Positions 1 to 13,821 of a stretch of 64,000 nucleotides of DNA are shown piece after piece. The stretch's first letter is position 1; the number at the start of each line of letters is the position of its first letter. The position numbers and the translations under genes were made by a program. The notes under the pieces are model-generated. The model made no database searches. It saw only the letters and a program-made list of their open reading frames with translations, and was not told the origin of the DNA. The stretch covers positions 70,866,001-70,930,000 of the forward strand of contig OZ024744.1 in NCBI GenBank assembly GCA_964016885.1, given 5' to 3'. The stretch comes from Eledone cirrhosa. Lineage: Eukaryota.

Positions 1-372
1 GACTACTACTAAAAACCTAGAAGATATTAATTCGGATAGTGTCTAAACTGGGACTTCAGAGGCATACTCAGCCATACACCCTAACCCCCAAGATTCTCTC
101 TGAAGGACCATAAGGAAGATTTCATTAGTAACCCTTCGATTAGACTAATCTGCCCTTCCAAATCTGACATTGGCATTATCAGTAAGAAAATTTTAGATAA
201 AATCATCCCGCAGATTAAGCACAAAGTATTCCTTAAACAGTGTGGAAATACGGGTGAAGTTATTGAATGGTTTAGAGAAATTAAAGAGATCAAAAATAAA
301 AAATTCATTCAGTTTAATATCAATTCTTACTACACCTCTATTTCACCCATCCTATTAAATAAGGCACTCATT

Positions 373-840
373 ATGGCCATGAACAACAATGACCTGACTA
401 GATCCCAAATTGATGTCATACTTGCGGCCCGTAAAATCATAATTACATTTGAGGATCAGTTATGGACCCGCAAGGATACGCATAGCAACTTTGACATAAC
501 TATGGGGTCTAGTGACTCGGCGCAGGTCACTGATTTGGTGGGCCTATATCTACTAAATGAAATTCATAAGAACCTACCATATCTCAACGGTGGTTTATAC
601 CACGATGATGCACTACTCCTTATAGACTATAAAAAATGTAATATAGAGAGAACAAGCAAACTGTTACATAAAACCTTCAACAACTTCAACTTAAGTATCA
701 CCATAGACAAACACACTAAAAATGTTAACTTCCTTGATGCTACCCTTTACCTAGACTCTAAAGTATATACGCCTTACCATAAACCTAACGAAAAACTGAT
801 TTATGTAGACACCAAGTCGAACCACCCTAGATCCATTTAA
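373..840 (+). pseudogene. PLE reverse transcriptase fragment
   Basis: ORF with MGS, YHDD, FLD and SNHP motifs; premature stop at 840 while homology continues downstream. Confidence 0.85.
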
Positions 841-2084
841 AACTCTATCACTAAAGGTATTTCTAACAGAATCTCTAATCTATCTTATAAAGAAACCATA
901 TTTAGCAATAATTCGCAGTACTACAATCAGGCATTAGCTAAATCAGGCCATAGTAATGGAATTGAGTTCCTACCTACAAAATCACATAGTTCCAACATTA
1001 TTTCTCACAATATGGCTATGAGGAATAGCGGTAGTAAGAATAATAACCACCCCTACTCTAACACGAAGGGGAATAACAAGCCCAACTCGCACCATAGTAG
1101 ACACCAAAATATTATAAACAGAAATACCTCAATAGATATAAAAAAGAAAAATAGAAGAACTAATACTTTTTTCACCCCACCCCTTTCAATCTAAACGTCT
1201 CTACCAACTTACCTAGGGCCTTCTTCTCAATCCTAGAAAGAAACTTCCCGTCGGGCGACAAGTACCATAGGCTTTTAAATAAAAACACAATTAACACTAG
1301 GAATAGATCATATACACTTCAATGGGAAGTAGTAGGTAGGGCATCATCGTATAAACCACCTAATAAATTTTGTAACATCTGTCTTCTAGAGACCCATACT
1401 ATAATATTTTCGAACCTTAACCTCCTTAATAAAAAATCGGAAGTGCTTGCATCGTGCCAGAACCGCTTCCGACACTCTTTCCAAAGCTTTAAACCTAGTA
1501 TATAGCAATGTCAGTTTTGAACTCAGCACCTCCATTAGCACTTCACTTTTAGGGCTTGCAATGCACCACTGCACCACACTCTTTGACCCACCCTTTCCTC
1601 TACACAATTCAGCCGACCTATAACTCTATACCCTTAATATAGTAAAATTAGATTACTTATAATTATATAGTAATGGAAATATAATTTGGATAAACTTTAA
1701 ATAATAAACGTAACAATGATTTATATATACATTTTCAATTAATGGATGTGAAACCTGGAACTTTCTTATTCTACACACACACATATTCGATCTACACTGA
1801 AAATATCTCAGCATTGCAACCACCATAATATATTAACACACCTGCTTTATGTGCTTGTATTTGTTATGCAACACCCAGCATTCATATATGCTTGATACTT
1901 TTGCCTGTTCAATTGCTTTATGTATGACTAACGCACATACTGTCTCTTTAATTTTATTTATGTACTAGAAGCTTTTAATTGTAATTTTGAATCTTACCCA
2001 TCGCATACTGTTGTCCACAATATGTATCTGTATGACTCTTCAGCAGAATATGAGGCTGATTATATGTAAAAACATTATTAATAA

Positions 2085-2131
2085 TGCTCCGAAGACTCCA
2101 AGCCTAGGCTTGGAAGAAACAATTGTCAGCA
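2085..2131 (+). ncRNA. Minimal type I hammerhead motif, CCGAAGA core variant
   Basis: tgct-CCGAAGA-ctccaagcc.ta.ggcttggaa-GAAA-caattg-TC-agca; stem I tgct/agca, palindromic stem III ACAATTGT. Confidence 0.7.
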
Positions 2132-2304
2132 ATTAAATGTTCTAACATAGCTTTGATTCTTGTGTATTCTATATTACTGCTCTGTATAACAAATGATGTT
2201 CTTACATTGAGCTATTTATCTTACTGGTAATAAGGTAGTAATAAATTACTGACCTTACCTGTTTATAGTTGTATATAGTTTATACATAACTATAAATAGT
2301 ATCC

Positions 2305-2352
<48 letters not shown>

Positions 2353-2441
2353 TTATTTTGCTCTACGGTTCTTATATATTTGATATATATTTAGCCTTAT
2401 CGAGCCCTCTTTGGATTTAGTCTTCAAATTTACTATTATTA

Positions 2442-2505
<64 letters not shown>

Positions 2506-2508
<3 letters not shown>

Positions 2509-2739
2509 AGTAAGTATGTTTTGAAACAGTGAGCAGGTTTGAAATTAGAAATAGAATAGCTCTCACCGTATCTTTTTTCACTAAAGAAATTTTAGTCTCA
2601 TAATGGGGTTTAGAACCCTCAGATAAATGGAAATAGATGAGTATTAATGTACATCAATACTCATCTTTTTCCATTTATCTGAGGGTTCTAAACCCCATTA
2701 TCAGACTAAAATTTTTTAGTCAAAAAAATACGGTGAAAG

Positions 2740-2742
<3 letters not shown>
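2506..2742 (-). mobile_element. Fold-back insert with single tail (family P); second copy at 30706-30945
   Basis: About 90-bp arms centred on atgtacat (~2651), ~45-bp unpaired tail, flanked by (TA)n. Confidence 0.75.
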
Positions 2743-2801
<59 letters not shown>

Positions 2802-2805
<4 letters not shown>

Positions 2806-3464
2806 AAGTATATATCCCTACACGCAAAAAGCGTCCAGGGACACATGTATTGTCCAACCATATGCCAATGTGGTTAAATGGCAGGTTAATAAATTAACGA
2901 GCCAGAACATATATAATCAAGGTTTAGCAAATAAGAACAAGTTTCAAAATAAATTTCAAAAAATTCACTGTACTCACTATGGTTACCTTTACCGAATCGG
3001 TTTCGAGTCTCAAAAATAAATGGACAGTCCTTGCGGCCTTCCATTGAAAAGATAAACTCTCGTCAGAAGGTTCTTTTCACTCGGAGAATATAAAATTCCC
3101 GAGTTCAAATTACGAACTGGCGCTATTCAAAATTGTTCCCGAGATGAGAATGAATGATGTGGAAGCAATTCTGTCCAGTGCCGTGTGTAAAGATAGAAGC
3201 AGGGGCAGGGAGGTCAGTCTACTACCACTATAAATAGCAGCAGTCAAAACGACCAAAATTTATCTCGACCAAGAGGAGGATAATAATAATAAAGTATATA
3301 TCCCTACACGCAAAAAGCGTCCAGGGACACATGTATTGTCCAACCATATGCCAATGTGGTTCAATGGCAGGTTAATAAATTCGGTAAAGGTAACCATAGT
3401 GAGTACAGTGAATTTTTTGAAATTTATTTTGAAACTTTTTTTATTTGCTAAACCTTGATTATAT

Positions 3465-3468
<4 letters not shown>
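2802..3468 (-). mobile_element. Non-coding PLE-type unit with direct-repeated tail, inverted arm and HHR (family F)
   Basis: Direct repeat 2802-2895/3289-3381; inverted repeat 2909-2997/3379-3468; (TA)n on both sides. Confidence 0.8.
2985..3071 (-). ncRNA. Type I hammerhead ribozyme motif
   Basis: Reverse complement: acctt-CTGACGA-gagt...actc-GAAA-ccgattcgg-TA-aaggt; all three stems pair. Confidence 0.85.
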
Positions 3469-3550
<82 letters not shown>

Positions 3551-3748
3551 CATATGCCTGGTGTTCACCGATATGTCCAGTCCGTTTGTCTACCAGCATA
3601 TCGGGAAAATCTTATACATTTTCTATATATTTTGTCTGGGGAGAACATGTTTTGCTTTGTTATACATGAAACTTTGCATCTTCGATATATATATAATGAA
3701 ATAAATAGAGATGATATAAAGTTTATATCTTTCATTTATTACTAATAT

Positions 3749-3931
<183 letters not shown>

Positions 3932-4013
3932 ATACTTTGGGAGGTTCATGTTGCCAATAAAATGGCGTAGGACAGAAGAAAGGAAAGGCACAGAAACAAA
4001 GAAAGGAATCCCC

Positions 4014-4058
4014 AGTCACTGAAGAGGTCACAGAGTGTGTGACGAAAGGACTATGACT
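4014..4058 (+). ncRNA. Minimal hammerhead motif within PLE terminal fragment (3926-4198)
   Basis: agtca-CTGAAGA-g.gtcac-agagtgt-gtgac-GAAA-ggac-TA-tgact. Confidence 0.75.
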
Positions 4059-4206
4059 ATATATAAACAACTACCTGGTTGTGGAACCAACCAACCAACC
4101 AGAAATTTATAAGTTTGTAGATTTGTAAATTTATAAATTTATAAATTTATAAATATATAATAAATTGAAGTGAAAGCAACTTGTGCGTGTGTTTCTTATA
4201 TATATA

Positions 4207-4283
<77 letters not shown>

Positions 4284-4294
4284 TTATTTATTTA

Positions 4295-4473
4295 TTTATT
4301 AAAATAACAGATTAAAGTTTAAGCAAAGAATCGCTGCTTTCACTCTTAACGGGATCTTCTGTTATTAATCTGTTATTTTAATAAATATTTGCTCTACGGT
4401 TCTTATATAACTGATATATTTATCCTCATCGAGCCCTCTTTGGATTTTAGTCTTCAAATTTATTATTATTACT
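4295..4473 (+). mobile_element. Short fold-back plus tail insert (family A); solo tail at 2355-2445
   Basis: aaataacagattaa...ttaatctgttattt inverted arms; ~85-bp tail nearly identical to 2355-2445. Confidence 0.6.
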
Positions 4474-5214
4474 ATATATATATATATGAAGACATGTATG
4501 TGTGTGTGATTCTGTCTGTGTGCGCAAGAACAAGAAAACTAGAAAACAATGTGTGAGATTTCTGATCGTGAATTAAGATTGAACACGAAACTACGCGTTT
4601 GCTGAGCCAATTTCTTCAGGGAAACCCTAGAGGTATCTTATGCCTGGGGCACAAATTCTTCTCTTGGCTGCTCTCACACCAAATAAAAAAATAAAACCGT
4701 GTCAAGGGCTTTGTGCTGCCCTTCATCATCCGTTTAGGATATCAAAAATATTAAAAATACCCCACAAAATAAAATATTGTTAAGATTAAGTAACAAAAAT
4801 ACACATGACATAAAGAATTAGTGTACAATAATATATAATGTCATATAATAAGGCAGATTTTGCTTAGATCTGTGACCAGGGGGTCTTACATATTGAGCTA
4901 AATGTTAAACCTAATGATGGAATTAGCCCCCTGGGTCGATTGTAGTAAGATTCTTGTCTGCCTTTTTGAAATATATACGACTAACTCCCATCCCACCCAA
5001 CTCGCTTAAAAAAATTACCCCCACCCCAGATGAGCGAAGGATGGAGGTGGGTTTGTGATATGGGTGTGTGATGTATGAGTAAATTTTCGGTATAGGTATC
5101 TACCTAAAAATAGCAGCCAAAATTCCCTCATATTACAACCCCACAGTCTTATGTCTTCAATAAGTATGAACGTACGAATCAACGAGGAATGTGTGTGTGT
5201 GTATGCATATGTAG

Positions 5215-5377
<163 letters not shown>

Positions 5378-5397
5378 TATATATATATTTATATATA

Positions 5398-5453
<56 letters not shown>

Positions 5454-5575
5454 CATACATACAAACACACACACGCATATATAAAATATATTTCAAACCA
5501 AAGAATCGAATGGAATAAATATATATTTGATCCTCATCTAAGGGTCCTCGCTAAACGATATATATATATATATGT

Positions 5576-5634
<59 letters not shown>

Positions 5635-5937
5635 GTGGGTGGGTGATTGGCTGTGGGTGGGTGTGCGTATGTGTATGAGTGTGTGTGCGTAAAACTACAT
5701 GTATGTATGTATGAGTGTATGTATGGACATACATACACATATGTATATGTATACATTGAAAGGAACCAGTGATATAGCCAGTACACACTATCAAATAACT
5801 ATATATATATACACACTATATATACACACTATATATATACACACTATATATACACACCAACTTGATCTTACATCTTATTCGTCCCATGAGATCAGAAGAT
5901 TGAAACATGGTGCAGTTTGTTACGAATCATTAAATTA

Positions 5938-5971
<34 letters not shown>

Positions 5972-5981
5972 CATGCGTACT

Positions 5982-6120
<139 letters not shown>

Positions 6121-6221
6121 TTTGTGTGTGTGTGTGTATAAAGAGGGAAGGAGGGAAAATGAGGGGGATGGAGAGGTGGAGGAAGACATTGAATGACACG
6201 CATACACATACACACACACAT

Positions 6222-6252
<31 letters not shown>

Positions 6253-6357
6253 CATATATGCGTGTGTGTGCCACTCTCTCTCTATATATATCATATATAT
6301 ATATATATATATATATGCATATATATATAAAATATATAAAAAAAAAGAGAGAGAGAG

Positions 6358-6399
<42 letters not shown>

Positions 6400-6619
6400 G
6401 GAGTGGAGTTGACGTAAGCATAGCTGTCATTAAGTAGTTTACTTGGCAACCACATGGTTTCGGGTTCATTTCCTTTGCGTATGAACCTTAATGAAAGGCA
6501 AAATTAACCTCGGTTGGAATTGAACCAAAACTCTAGAGAACCAGAATAAGAATTCATATATTTAATTCGACGCTCTACCGACTGAAGCGATTTTCTGGTT
6601 AAATATATACCAGTCCATA

Positions 6620-7080
6620 GGTGGCGAATTGGCAGAGTCGTTATTAGAACGTCGGATTCAATGCTTTATGGTACTCATTCCGACTCTCTACTCTCTGAGT
6701 TCAAATCCCACCGAGGTCAACTTTCATCCTTTCGAGGTTGATAAAAAAAAAAGTACCAGTTTAGTACTGGGGTCGATTCTTCCTCTGTGCGACCTCAGTT
6801 CAAATTTCGCAAATGTATCAGTAAGGAAAAAAAAAATCTGGAAACATACTTCCTTTGGATCGATCTCACGATCGGCTCGCTCCTTTTTTTTAAATTTCAT
6901 GATGATATAAGGCAGTGGATTAACAGAATCAGTAGAGCATCGGACACCATGCTTCGTCCTTTACGTTCTGATTTCAAATCCCTCCGAGGTTAGCTTTGCC
7001 TTTCACCCTTACGGGGTCAATTTAATCGACTTTCCTCTCCCCCAAAATTGCTGGCCTTGTGCCTAAATCAGAAACTATTC
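6620..7080 (+). mobile_element. Two tRNA-derived octopus-type SINE copies
   Basis: A box ttggcagagtcg, B box gagttcaaatccc, body ccttacggggtcgataaaataaagtaccag, tail gctggccttgtgcc. Confidence 0.8.
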
Positions 7081-7082
7081 TG

Positions 7083-7607
7083 ATACACACTGGATTTGAC
7101 GGCTTAGAAAAATGCACTTTTCCCCCATAAGATATCCCAGAAAATCACCCTGCGTCTTATAAGGTCAAGGATCAGTTTAGGTTACTAGCTAGTGGAGTTC
7201 TAGTGCTGCAGTGGTCCTTAAATTAAACTGCAAACATCTCTGCAAATGTAACAAGGTGGTGATCACTTCTACACCAACAATAGCAACTCCTTTCTAAGGT
7301 AACAACGTGTAACAGTAGCATTTACCGCTACTTCATATAAAGTAACGCAAGCCAGGAAGAAAATTAAGTGATGAAGCTTAACCATGCATATGTAAAGACA
7401 ACAAACGTTTTTGTTTTTTTTTTCACACTTCTTTATGTTTTAAAAATGTATTAATATATTATAAATAGAATTACGGTGTAGGATAATAATAAAAAATACG
7501 ATGTACAAACTTTATACCCTTCACCTGACTTAGTTGAAATCCATTTATAGTTTCTTTAAATGCCTGCCCAAAATGATGTGCGTCTTATAAGTCGTTAAAC
7601 GCGGTAT
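7083..7607. mobile_element. Tc1/mariner (Tc2/pogo-like) MITE remnant
   Basis: Right end gtgcgtcttataagtcgttaaacgcggta resembles TIR TACCG...TATAAGACGCAC; internal tgcgtcttata repeat; degenerate left TIR. Confidence 0.5.
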
Positions 7608-8889
7608 ATATATTATGGTTATTTCATGTTAATTATTCTGATAATAGTGTTAAACAATAAACATTTCTGAAAACAGGGTCAAACACTCGACGTAGTGTAG
7701 CTTCCTAGTTAAGATATTGTCACGTAGGGGTGTGTATGACAGCGTTGGTGTAGTAATGGAGTAGATGGCAATAAGTTAGAATTTTGGTGTATATCTTTTG
7801 TTAAGTAATCGCTGTTATACGCATTTCGGTGGTATGTAATTCTCAGATATTATCGAAATACGTGTAACAACGATTACTTAGTATATAAAATATAGTAAAA
7901 TTTGAACCTAGTGCCTTTTACTTCATTTTATATATATATATATATGTGTGTGTGTGTATGTGTGTGTGTGTGTGTTGTATTAGATGCCATTAAGATAAGT
8001 GAAGTTTGAAAAAGGTGAATTGGTTTTTTAAGTACATGTGGTGTTATATATGCTATTATAAAATGAGATGTTGAAATCGTGGTTGAGCTGCATCGTTTGT
8101 TCCGAAAGCTTTGATAGTTACTTTTCTGCAAGCAGTGTTCTTAGTATCCGACGTTGATACAGGGTCAATGTGAATTATCATTCTGGTATCTCTGCTGGTG
8201 TTCATCTAATGTATATGCTGGTACACCAGCTCTAGGTAGAGGGCTCTCCACCCTGCACAATGTAAAGCTAAGGTGGTTCTTGCGGGATATTCGTGGTCAG
8301 TTACCTGAAATTGGCTTAGAAAGTGTTTCACCAGTGACAGCTTAACTTTAGTCCCTTTTTCCTGTGGATATCGCAGGTTGCTAGTTATAGCACCCAATTA
8401 AGGGCTGGTAATAGAATACCCTATCTATAATACTCCATCTGATGTGGGGATGTTGCCTCCTTCGCATCGGATCCTCCAGATAAGTCGAGATATGTAGGTG
8501 GAATTTTCTTTGTCCCAGCAGTTAAAGAATTCATTTACTGGTTAAATCTATTTATAAACTCATTGACTATTAAATTCCTCCGGATAACATCAGGTCGTGT
8601 GAAAGAAGCTCTTTAGATCACAACCTTTTAATGGCATGATAGCCCAGAGGACAATTGGCAGGGTTTCGACAGTTACAGATTGATGCATCTGATGAAAAAG
8701 ACATTGGTTTAATCCTCCATTCAATCTAGATATATCAACAAACATAGCTAAGAACTTACTGTCCCTCATTAGATGATTCTTCCTTTACAACCACTGGATA
8801 CAACGTTATCTAATGTTCCTTTGAAAAAATAAAGTAAAGTGATTTGTTTTGAAGAAACATTCTTTTCCAATATCAGACGTACCTTTATC

Positions 8890-9240
8890 CAGGATTTACC
8901 GAATGCTTAAGCAATTCTTACAGCATTTCATCACTCGTGAACACGATCCCGAGATACTTGAACTTCCTCACCTGCTTCAGTGGAACTCCATCCATATGTA
9001 GAGTGCACTGTGCAGGCTACCTTGAGATGACGAGTGTCTCAGTCTTTGTAGCACTGATTTTCATTCCAGCCATACAGCAGTCGGCGGCAAACCTATCAAG
9101 TGCAAGTCAAAAATCACCTTCTGTCGAGTTAAATAATACCGTGTCGTCTGCAAATTCTAGCCGATTCATCCTATTCTCGCTAGTCTTAATACCACTTCCA
9201 ACTCGACTGTGCATGTTAATCCTGTCCCAAAACACTGCAA
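8890..9240 (-). pseudogene. LINE (RTE-like) RT fragment
   Basis: Minus frame reads RLEFADDTVL...GMKISATKTE...QVRKFKYLG with stops. Confidence 0.8.
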
Positions 9241-9939
9241 TATGGCCAGAAGAACGCTACCCCCAGATATTCTCCCCGCTCTATTTGTTTGTTGACGCAC
9301 GTTAACAGCGAATTATTTCTTTAACCCCCCCCCCCCCCCCCCCCCACACACACACTCTCTCGCTGTATATATATATAATTCACTATACTTCGAGCGAAAT
9401 ATGCCTGTTGATTTCACCATATAAATATAACTCGGTAGTCAAATTTTAAAGTACTAATACCGTATCAGTGTGATCTGCTGTTAGCACACAACTATAGATA
9501 TTTAATTATATACGAAACTATTTATCTGAGACCAACCTACTCTTTAGTCGTTGCTAACTTGCCTTAAAGTGTTATAAACATCCGAAGATGCAGGCATAGG
9601 CAATTTGAACTGGAGCAAAAGAACTAAGCCTATGTAATCAACGGATGGGGGTTACTTCATTGAAAGCGTCTGCGTGCTAATACAAAAGATGCAGTGGCTA
9701 GAAACTGAAAAATTTCGACGATTGAGTCAACTAAAGGCAATGTTTGTTAGCAGAGTTGGTAGGATCAACATGGAAGGTTAAAATAATCAAAGGTAATAAT
9801 TAACACACGCTGAAGGTTAGATTTATAGCTAGAGAGTTGAGGTGGATATAAGATGAAGAAATCATGATCGATCAGACACTTGACATATAGTAAATGCTAA
9901 TGGCATTGCTGGAGGTAGGGAATTAATGTAGGGTATAAC

Positions 9940-11107
9940 TCAGCCCTCTCACCTCACCCCCGCCCTCCCAACACCCGTGTTCCTTTCCCTCTCACCTACC
10001 ACCACATCACCCTACCACCCCGTCGACATATCCTCCGTTCCTTCCGTATCCTCTCTTCTGACCCCGTCACTTCTCGCTTTTTTCCAAACCCACCCATTAC
10101 TGCTTTTAAGCGCGCCCGCAACCTCCGCGACCTCCTGGTTCGCAGTTCCTTTACGTCCTCTCCCACGACTCCACCCGGCTCTCGTCCTTGTTCCCGTTCC
10201 CGCTGCAACACTTGTCCCTTTATTTCCACTCTCACCACTCATACAGGCCCTAACGGGTCTTTCCGTATCCGCCATTCCTTCACCTGCACATCCACCCACG
10301 TTGTCTATGCCCTCCGGTGTTCCCTTCGCTGGTCTCTACATATCGGACAAACGGGACGCCGTATGGCGGACCGTTTTGCCGAACATTTGAGGGACATACG
10401 ACTCGGTCTGGATACTCCTGTCGCCCATCATTTCTGTTCTCCTGGTCATTCTTCCCTACATATTTCAGTCCTAGGTGTACTTTTACATCATGGATCACAG
10501 ACCTCGCGCACCAGGACGGAACAAAGTCTGATTCACCGTCTTGGGTCCTATTCCCCTCTTGGACTCAACTCACCTCCCCAATTTCTCTAATACCCCGTCC
10601 ATTATCACACCCCTAGTTTCCTATCGCTTTCACTTGATCATTAGCAGCTTCTCTTACAACTAATACATGCCGATACATACACTCTTTTATTCACATATAC
10701 ACACACGTTTCTCCTTAGCTTCGTACGGACGTATAATAACACACGCACACTCACACACACAAATACATGCTTACGCACATGCTCAAGTATAGCTCTTTTT
10801 ACAAAACGGTTTTTTCCCCATTTCAGGTTGACGCGCTCCATCACCCACTTTTCTAAAAAATAAATCATACGCAAAACGCCAGCACCAACAGTTTTGCAAG
10901 AAATGTCGACATGAATGGACCTGTTATTTTTATCTAAAGATATTTTTTCGAATTCCATCCCACCCGTCCCCTCAATCTATTTTATTTCCCATTATTTCTT
11001 CTGATGAAGGACTAGCGTCCGAAACGTTAAGACGCCCTTCCTGTTATATCAAGCGTATACCTTTCATATACTGTACCGATTGTGTTGTTATTTCTGTTTA
11101 CCTTTTA
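9940..11107 (+). mobile_element. 5'-truncated Neptune-like PLE (Cys linker, GIY-YIG, 3' UTR with HHR)
   Basis: Frame ~9940-10590: RVPFPLTYH..NLRDLLVRS..PCSRSRCNTC..FTCTSTHVVYALRC..HIGQTGR..RFAEH..VAHHF..LGLN; ends at (CA)/(TA)n. Confidence 0.9.
10997..11032 (+). ncRNA. Minimal hammerhead ribozyme motif
   Basis: tctt-CTGATGA-aggac.tagc.gtcc-GAAA-cg-TT-aaga; AACGTT palindrome. Confidence 0.82.
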
Positions 11108-11114
11108 CATACAT

Positions 11115-11235
<121 letters not shown>

Positions 11236-11451
11236 TATTAAGGGTACTATTTATGGTTATGTATGCAATAAATTTGATGGTAATATATTATATATACACA
11301 AGCCCTAAATAGTGAGAGATAGTCTTTAATTACTATATGTAAATTGCCATGCTATTTCATTTGATGAATGTCACCCCACTGTTGATAAATATGCGCATAT
11401 GTTTTATGTGTCTCTTGGGTTGAAAAGGAGGTCAAGTATGTTATAAATAGC

Positions 11452-11498
11452 TGCTCCGAAGAATCCAAACCTCGGTTTGGAGGAAACAATTGTAAGCA
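11452..11498 (+). ncRNA. Hammerhead motif, CCGAAGA variant, in PLE 3' fragment 11235-11530
   Basis: tgct-CCGAAGA-atccaaacc.tc.ggtttggag-GAAA-caattg-TA-agca; homologous to 2085-2131. Confidence 0.7.
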
Positions 11499-11555
11499 AA
11501 TAAATGACTTAAACTGAACTTTGATTACTGAAATCTCTCTCTCTATATATATATA

Positions 11556-11802
11556 TGTTGTTGTATGGTTGCAATAGATGCGTCCGTAGGTGGTATGCCG
11601 TTTGAGCTCTAGATGCTCACGCAGAGCAGAGTTATATTATTATAGAACGAGGAATCAGTGATGCATCAAAACACAATTGATTAACATATTACATATGTTT
11701 CGCCGACGATCAGCTCAAGGCAGGCCCTGATCGTCGGAGAAACATATGTAAGATGCTAATAAATTGTGTTTTGATGTATCACTGACTCCTCGTTCTATAA
11801 TA
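11556..11802 (-). mobile_element. Fold-back plus tail insert (family J); relatives at 28720-28885 and 31278-31355
   Basis: Arms 11639-11713/11727-11802; GAAA-catatg-TA half-HHR; tail motif gcgtcc.tagg.ggtatgcc shared between copies. Confidence 0.7.
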
Positions 11803-11940
11803 TATATATATATATACACACACATTTATACCTATATCTAGCTATGTATGTATATATATCTATAAACATACATCCATACACAAATACATACATACATACA
11901 TGCATGCATACATACAGTGCCATATATATATATATATATA

Positions 11941-12032
11941 TACAGGGTGTCCCAAAGAATGTATGCACACTTTGATTACCTGTACAGGCAATATTTATTA
12001 GAATGCTGTATACCTTTTTTAGGGACATCCTC
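11941..12032. mobile_element. Tiny Tc1/mariner-type MITE
   Basis: TIRs tacagggtgtccc ... gggacatcct; left end abuts a (TA)n tract. Confidence 0.6.
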
Positions 12033-12050
12033 ACTCTCCCTCTATATATA

Positions 12051-12189
<139 letters not shown>

Positions 12190-12206
12190 TAATTGTTATT
12201 GTTATT

Positions 12207-12708
12207 GGTGAATTGGCAGTATTGGACAGTAGGAGATACAATGCTTTGCGGCATAGAATTGTTGCCCTTTACTTTTTTAGTTCAAAACACGCCGAGGTGA
12301 ACTTTACCTTTCATCCTTACGGGGTCGATAAATAAAGTACCAGTAATGCACTGTGGTCGATTTAATCGACTTCCCCTCCCCACAAAATTGTTGGAACATG
12401 ATTATTATTATTAGTTATTGGTTATAATAATTGTTTCTACAATAGGCACAAGGCCAGCAATTATCCCAGTGTATTACTGGTACTTTATTTTATCGACCTC
12501 TTACGGATGAAAGGCAAAGTTATTGGTTATAATAATAATCATAATTGTCTCTACTTTAGGCACAATGCCAACCATTTTGTGGGGAGGGGAAGTCGATTAA
12601 ATCGACCCCAGTGTATTACTGGTATTTTACTTATCGACCCCGGTGGATTGGCAGTATCGGTAGAGGGTCGGACGCCATGCAATGAAGATCTATCACCTCG
12701 TCCTTTAC

Positions 12709-12763
<55 letters not shown>

Positions 12764-12918
12764 CACACACACACATACACAATAATAATAATAATAATTG
12801 TTTCTACTTTTGGCACAAGCCCAGCAGTTAACCAGTACATTACTGGTACGATAAAATAAAGTACCAGTAATGCACTGGGTACTTGTGGGCCTTGTGCCAA
12901 AACTAGAAACAATTATTA
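12207..12918. mobile_element. Cluster of SINE copies and fragments in both orientations, including a SINE-tail palindrome at 12795-12918
   Basis: Repeated gtcgataaaataaagtaccagtaatgcactg and ggccttgtgcc motifs. Confidence 0.8.
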
Positions 12919-12924
12919 GCCAAA

Positions 12925-13214
12925 GCTCTGTTGTCACATATTTTGTGACCTCTCCAATAACTATTTGTTTTTCTTCTCTGTGTCTTCTCTTCTTTTTGGA
13001 CTTAATCCGAGAAAGTCAAGTAAACGGATTAAAACTAAAAAGAAAAGGAGATACAGATAAGTATAACAAATAGACATTGAAGAGGTCACAAAATGTATGA
13101 TGAAAAAATGTATGAACAAAATAACCAATGATTAATAATAATGATAATAAAAGGAAATTTAAATAGTGCGAGTGTTTTTGTTGGCAAAATGACCACCCCC
13201 AAATATAACAATTT
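12925..13214 (+). mobile_element. Degenerate pLTR fragment related to the 13333-15595 PLE, with HHR-like motif at 13073-13115
   Basis: TTGAAGAggtcacaaaatgtatgatGAAA; ends cccccaaatataacaat like the larger element; short inverted 5' piece. Confidence 0.55.
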
Positions 13215-13238
13215 CACATCAAGTATCTTGCAAAACAA

Positions 13239-13336
<98 letters not shown>

Positions 13337-13821
13337 TGTTATATTTGGGGAGGGTCTTATTTGCGTAATATTACCAGAATTAATAACAGAACACACTCAC
13401 TGTTTGGTTGGTTTTCGCTTCTCGCTGTCTTTTATATCTGCGATCTAACTTACTCGGTCCTCAATGTTGCCATTGACTGACCGACGGTCAAAAATAATAC
13501 AGATACAATATAGACACAAACACATATATATAGTTTACATAATTTACATAAATCTTTCGTTGCACATCTGCAACATCGTCAGTGGTGTTATATTCATTGT
13601 TCCTCCTGTTGTGTTGTATGTCTACGCCATTTTTTGTTCAGTCTGTCTATATATTTATTTATTTATTTATTTGCTTGTTTGTTTATCTTATTTTATTTTG
13701 TCTTCTTTGCGCATGCGTTTGCGTGTGTGTATAGTGTTATGTGTGATGTGTGACTAATGTGTATAGTGTTGTGTCTGCTGGGTGACTAGTGTGTGTTTAT
13801 GTGCTTGTTGTTATTGTGCTT

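Larger units (their letters stand above)
1..2310 (+). mobile_element. Degenerate Penelope-like retroelement (RT, partly deleted GIY-YIG, 3' UTR with HHR), ending in (TA)n
   Basis: Translations LKDHKEDF..RLICPSKSDIG, FDITMGSSDSAQVTDLVGLYLL, GLYHDD (YxDD), VNFLDATL, KSNHP and C-terminal CNICLLE..LLNKKSE match PLE RT/EN motifs; stops and frameshifts present. Confidence 0.88.

Noticed and set aside
8110-8800. Possible coding remnant
   Set aside because: No recognisable motif in the frames I read
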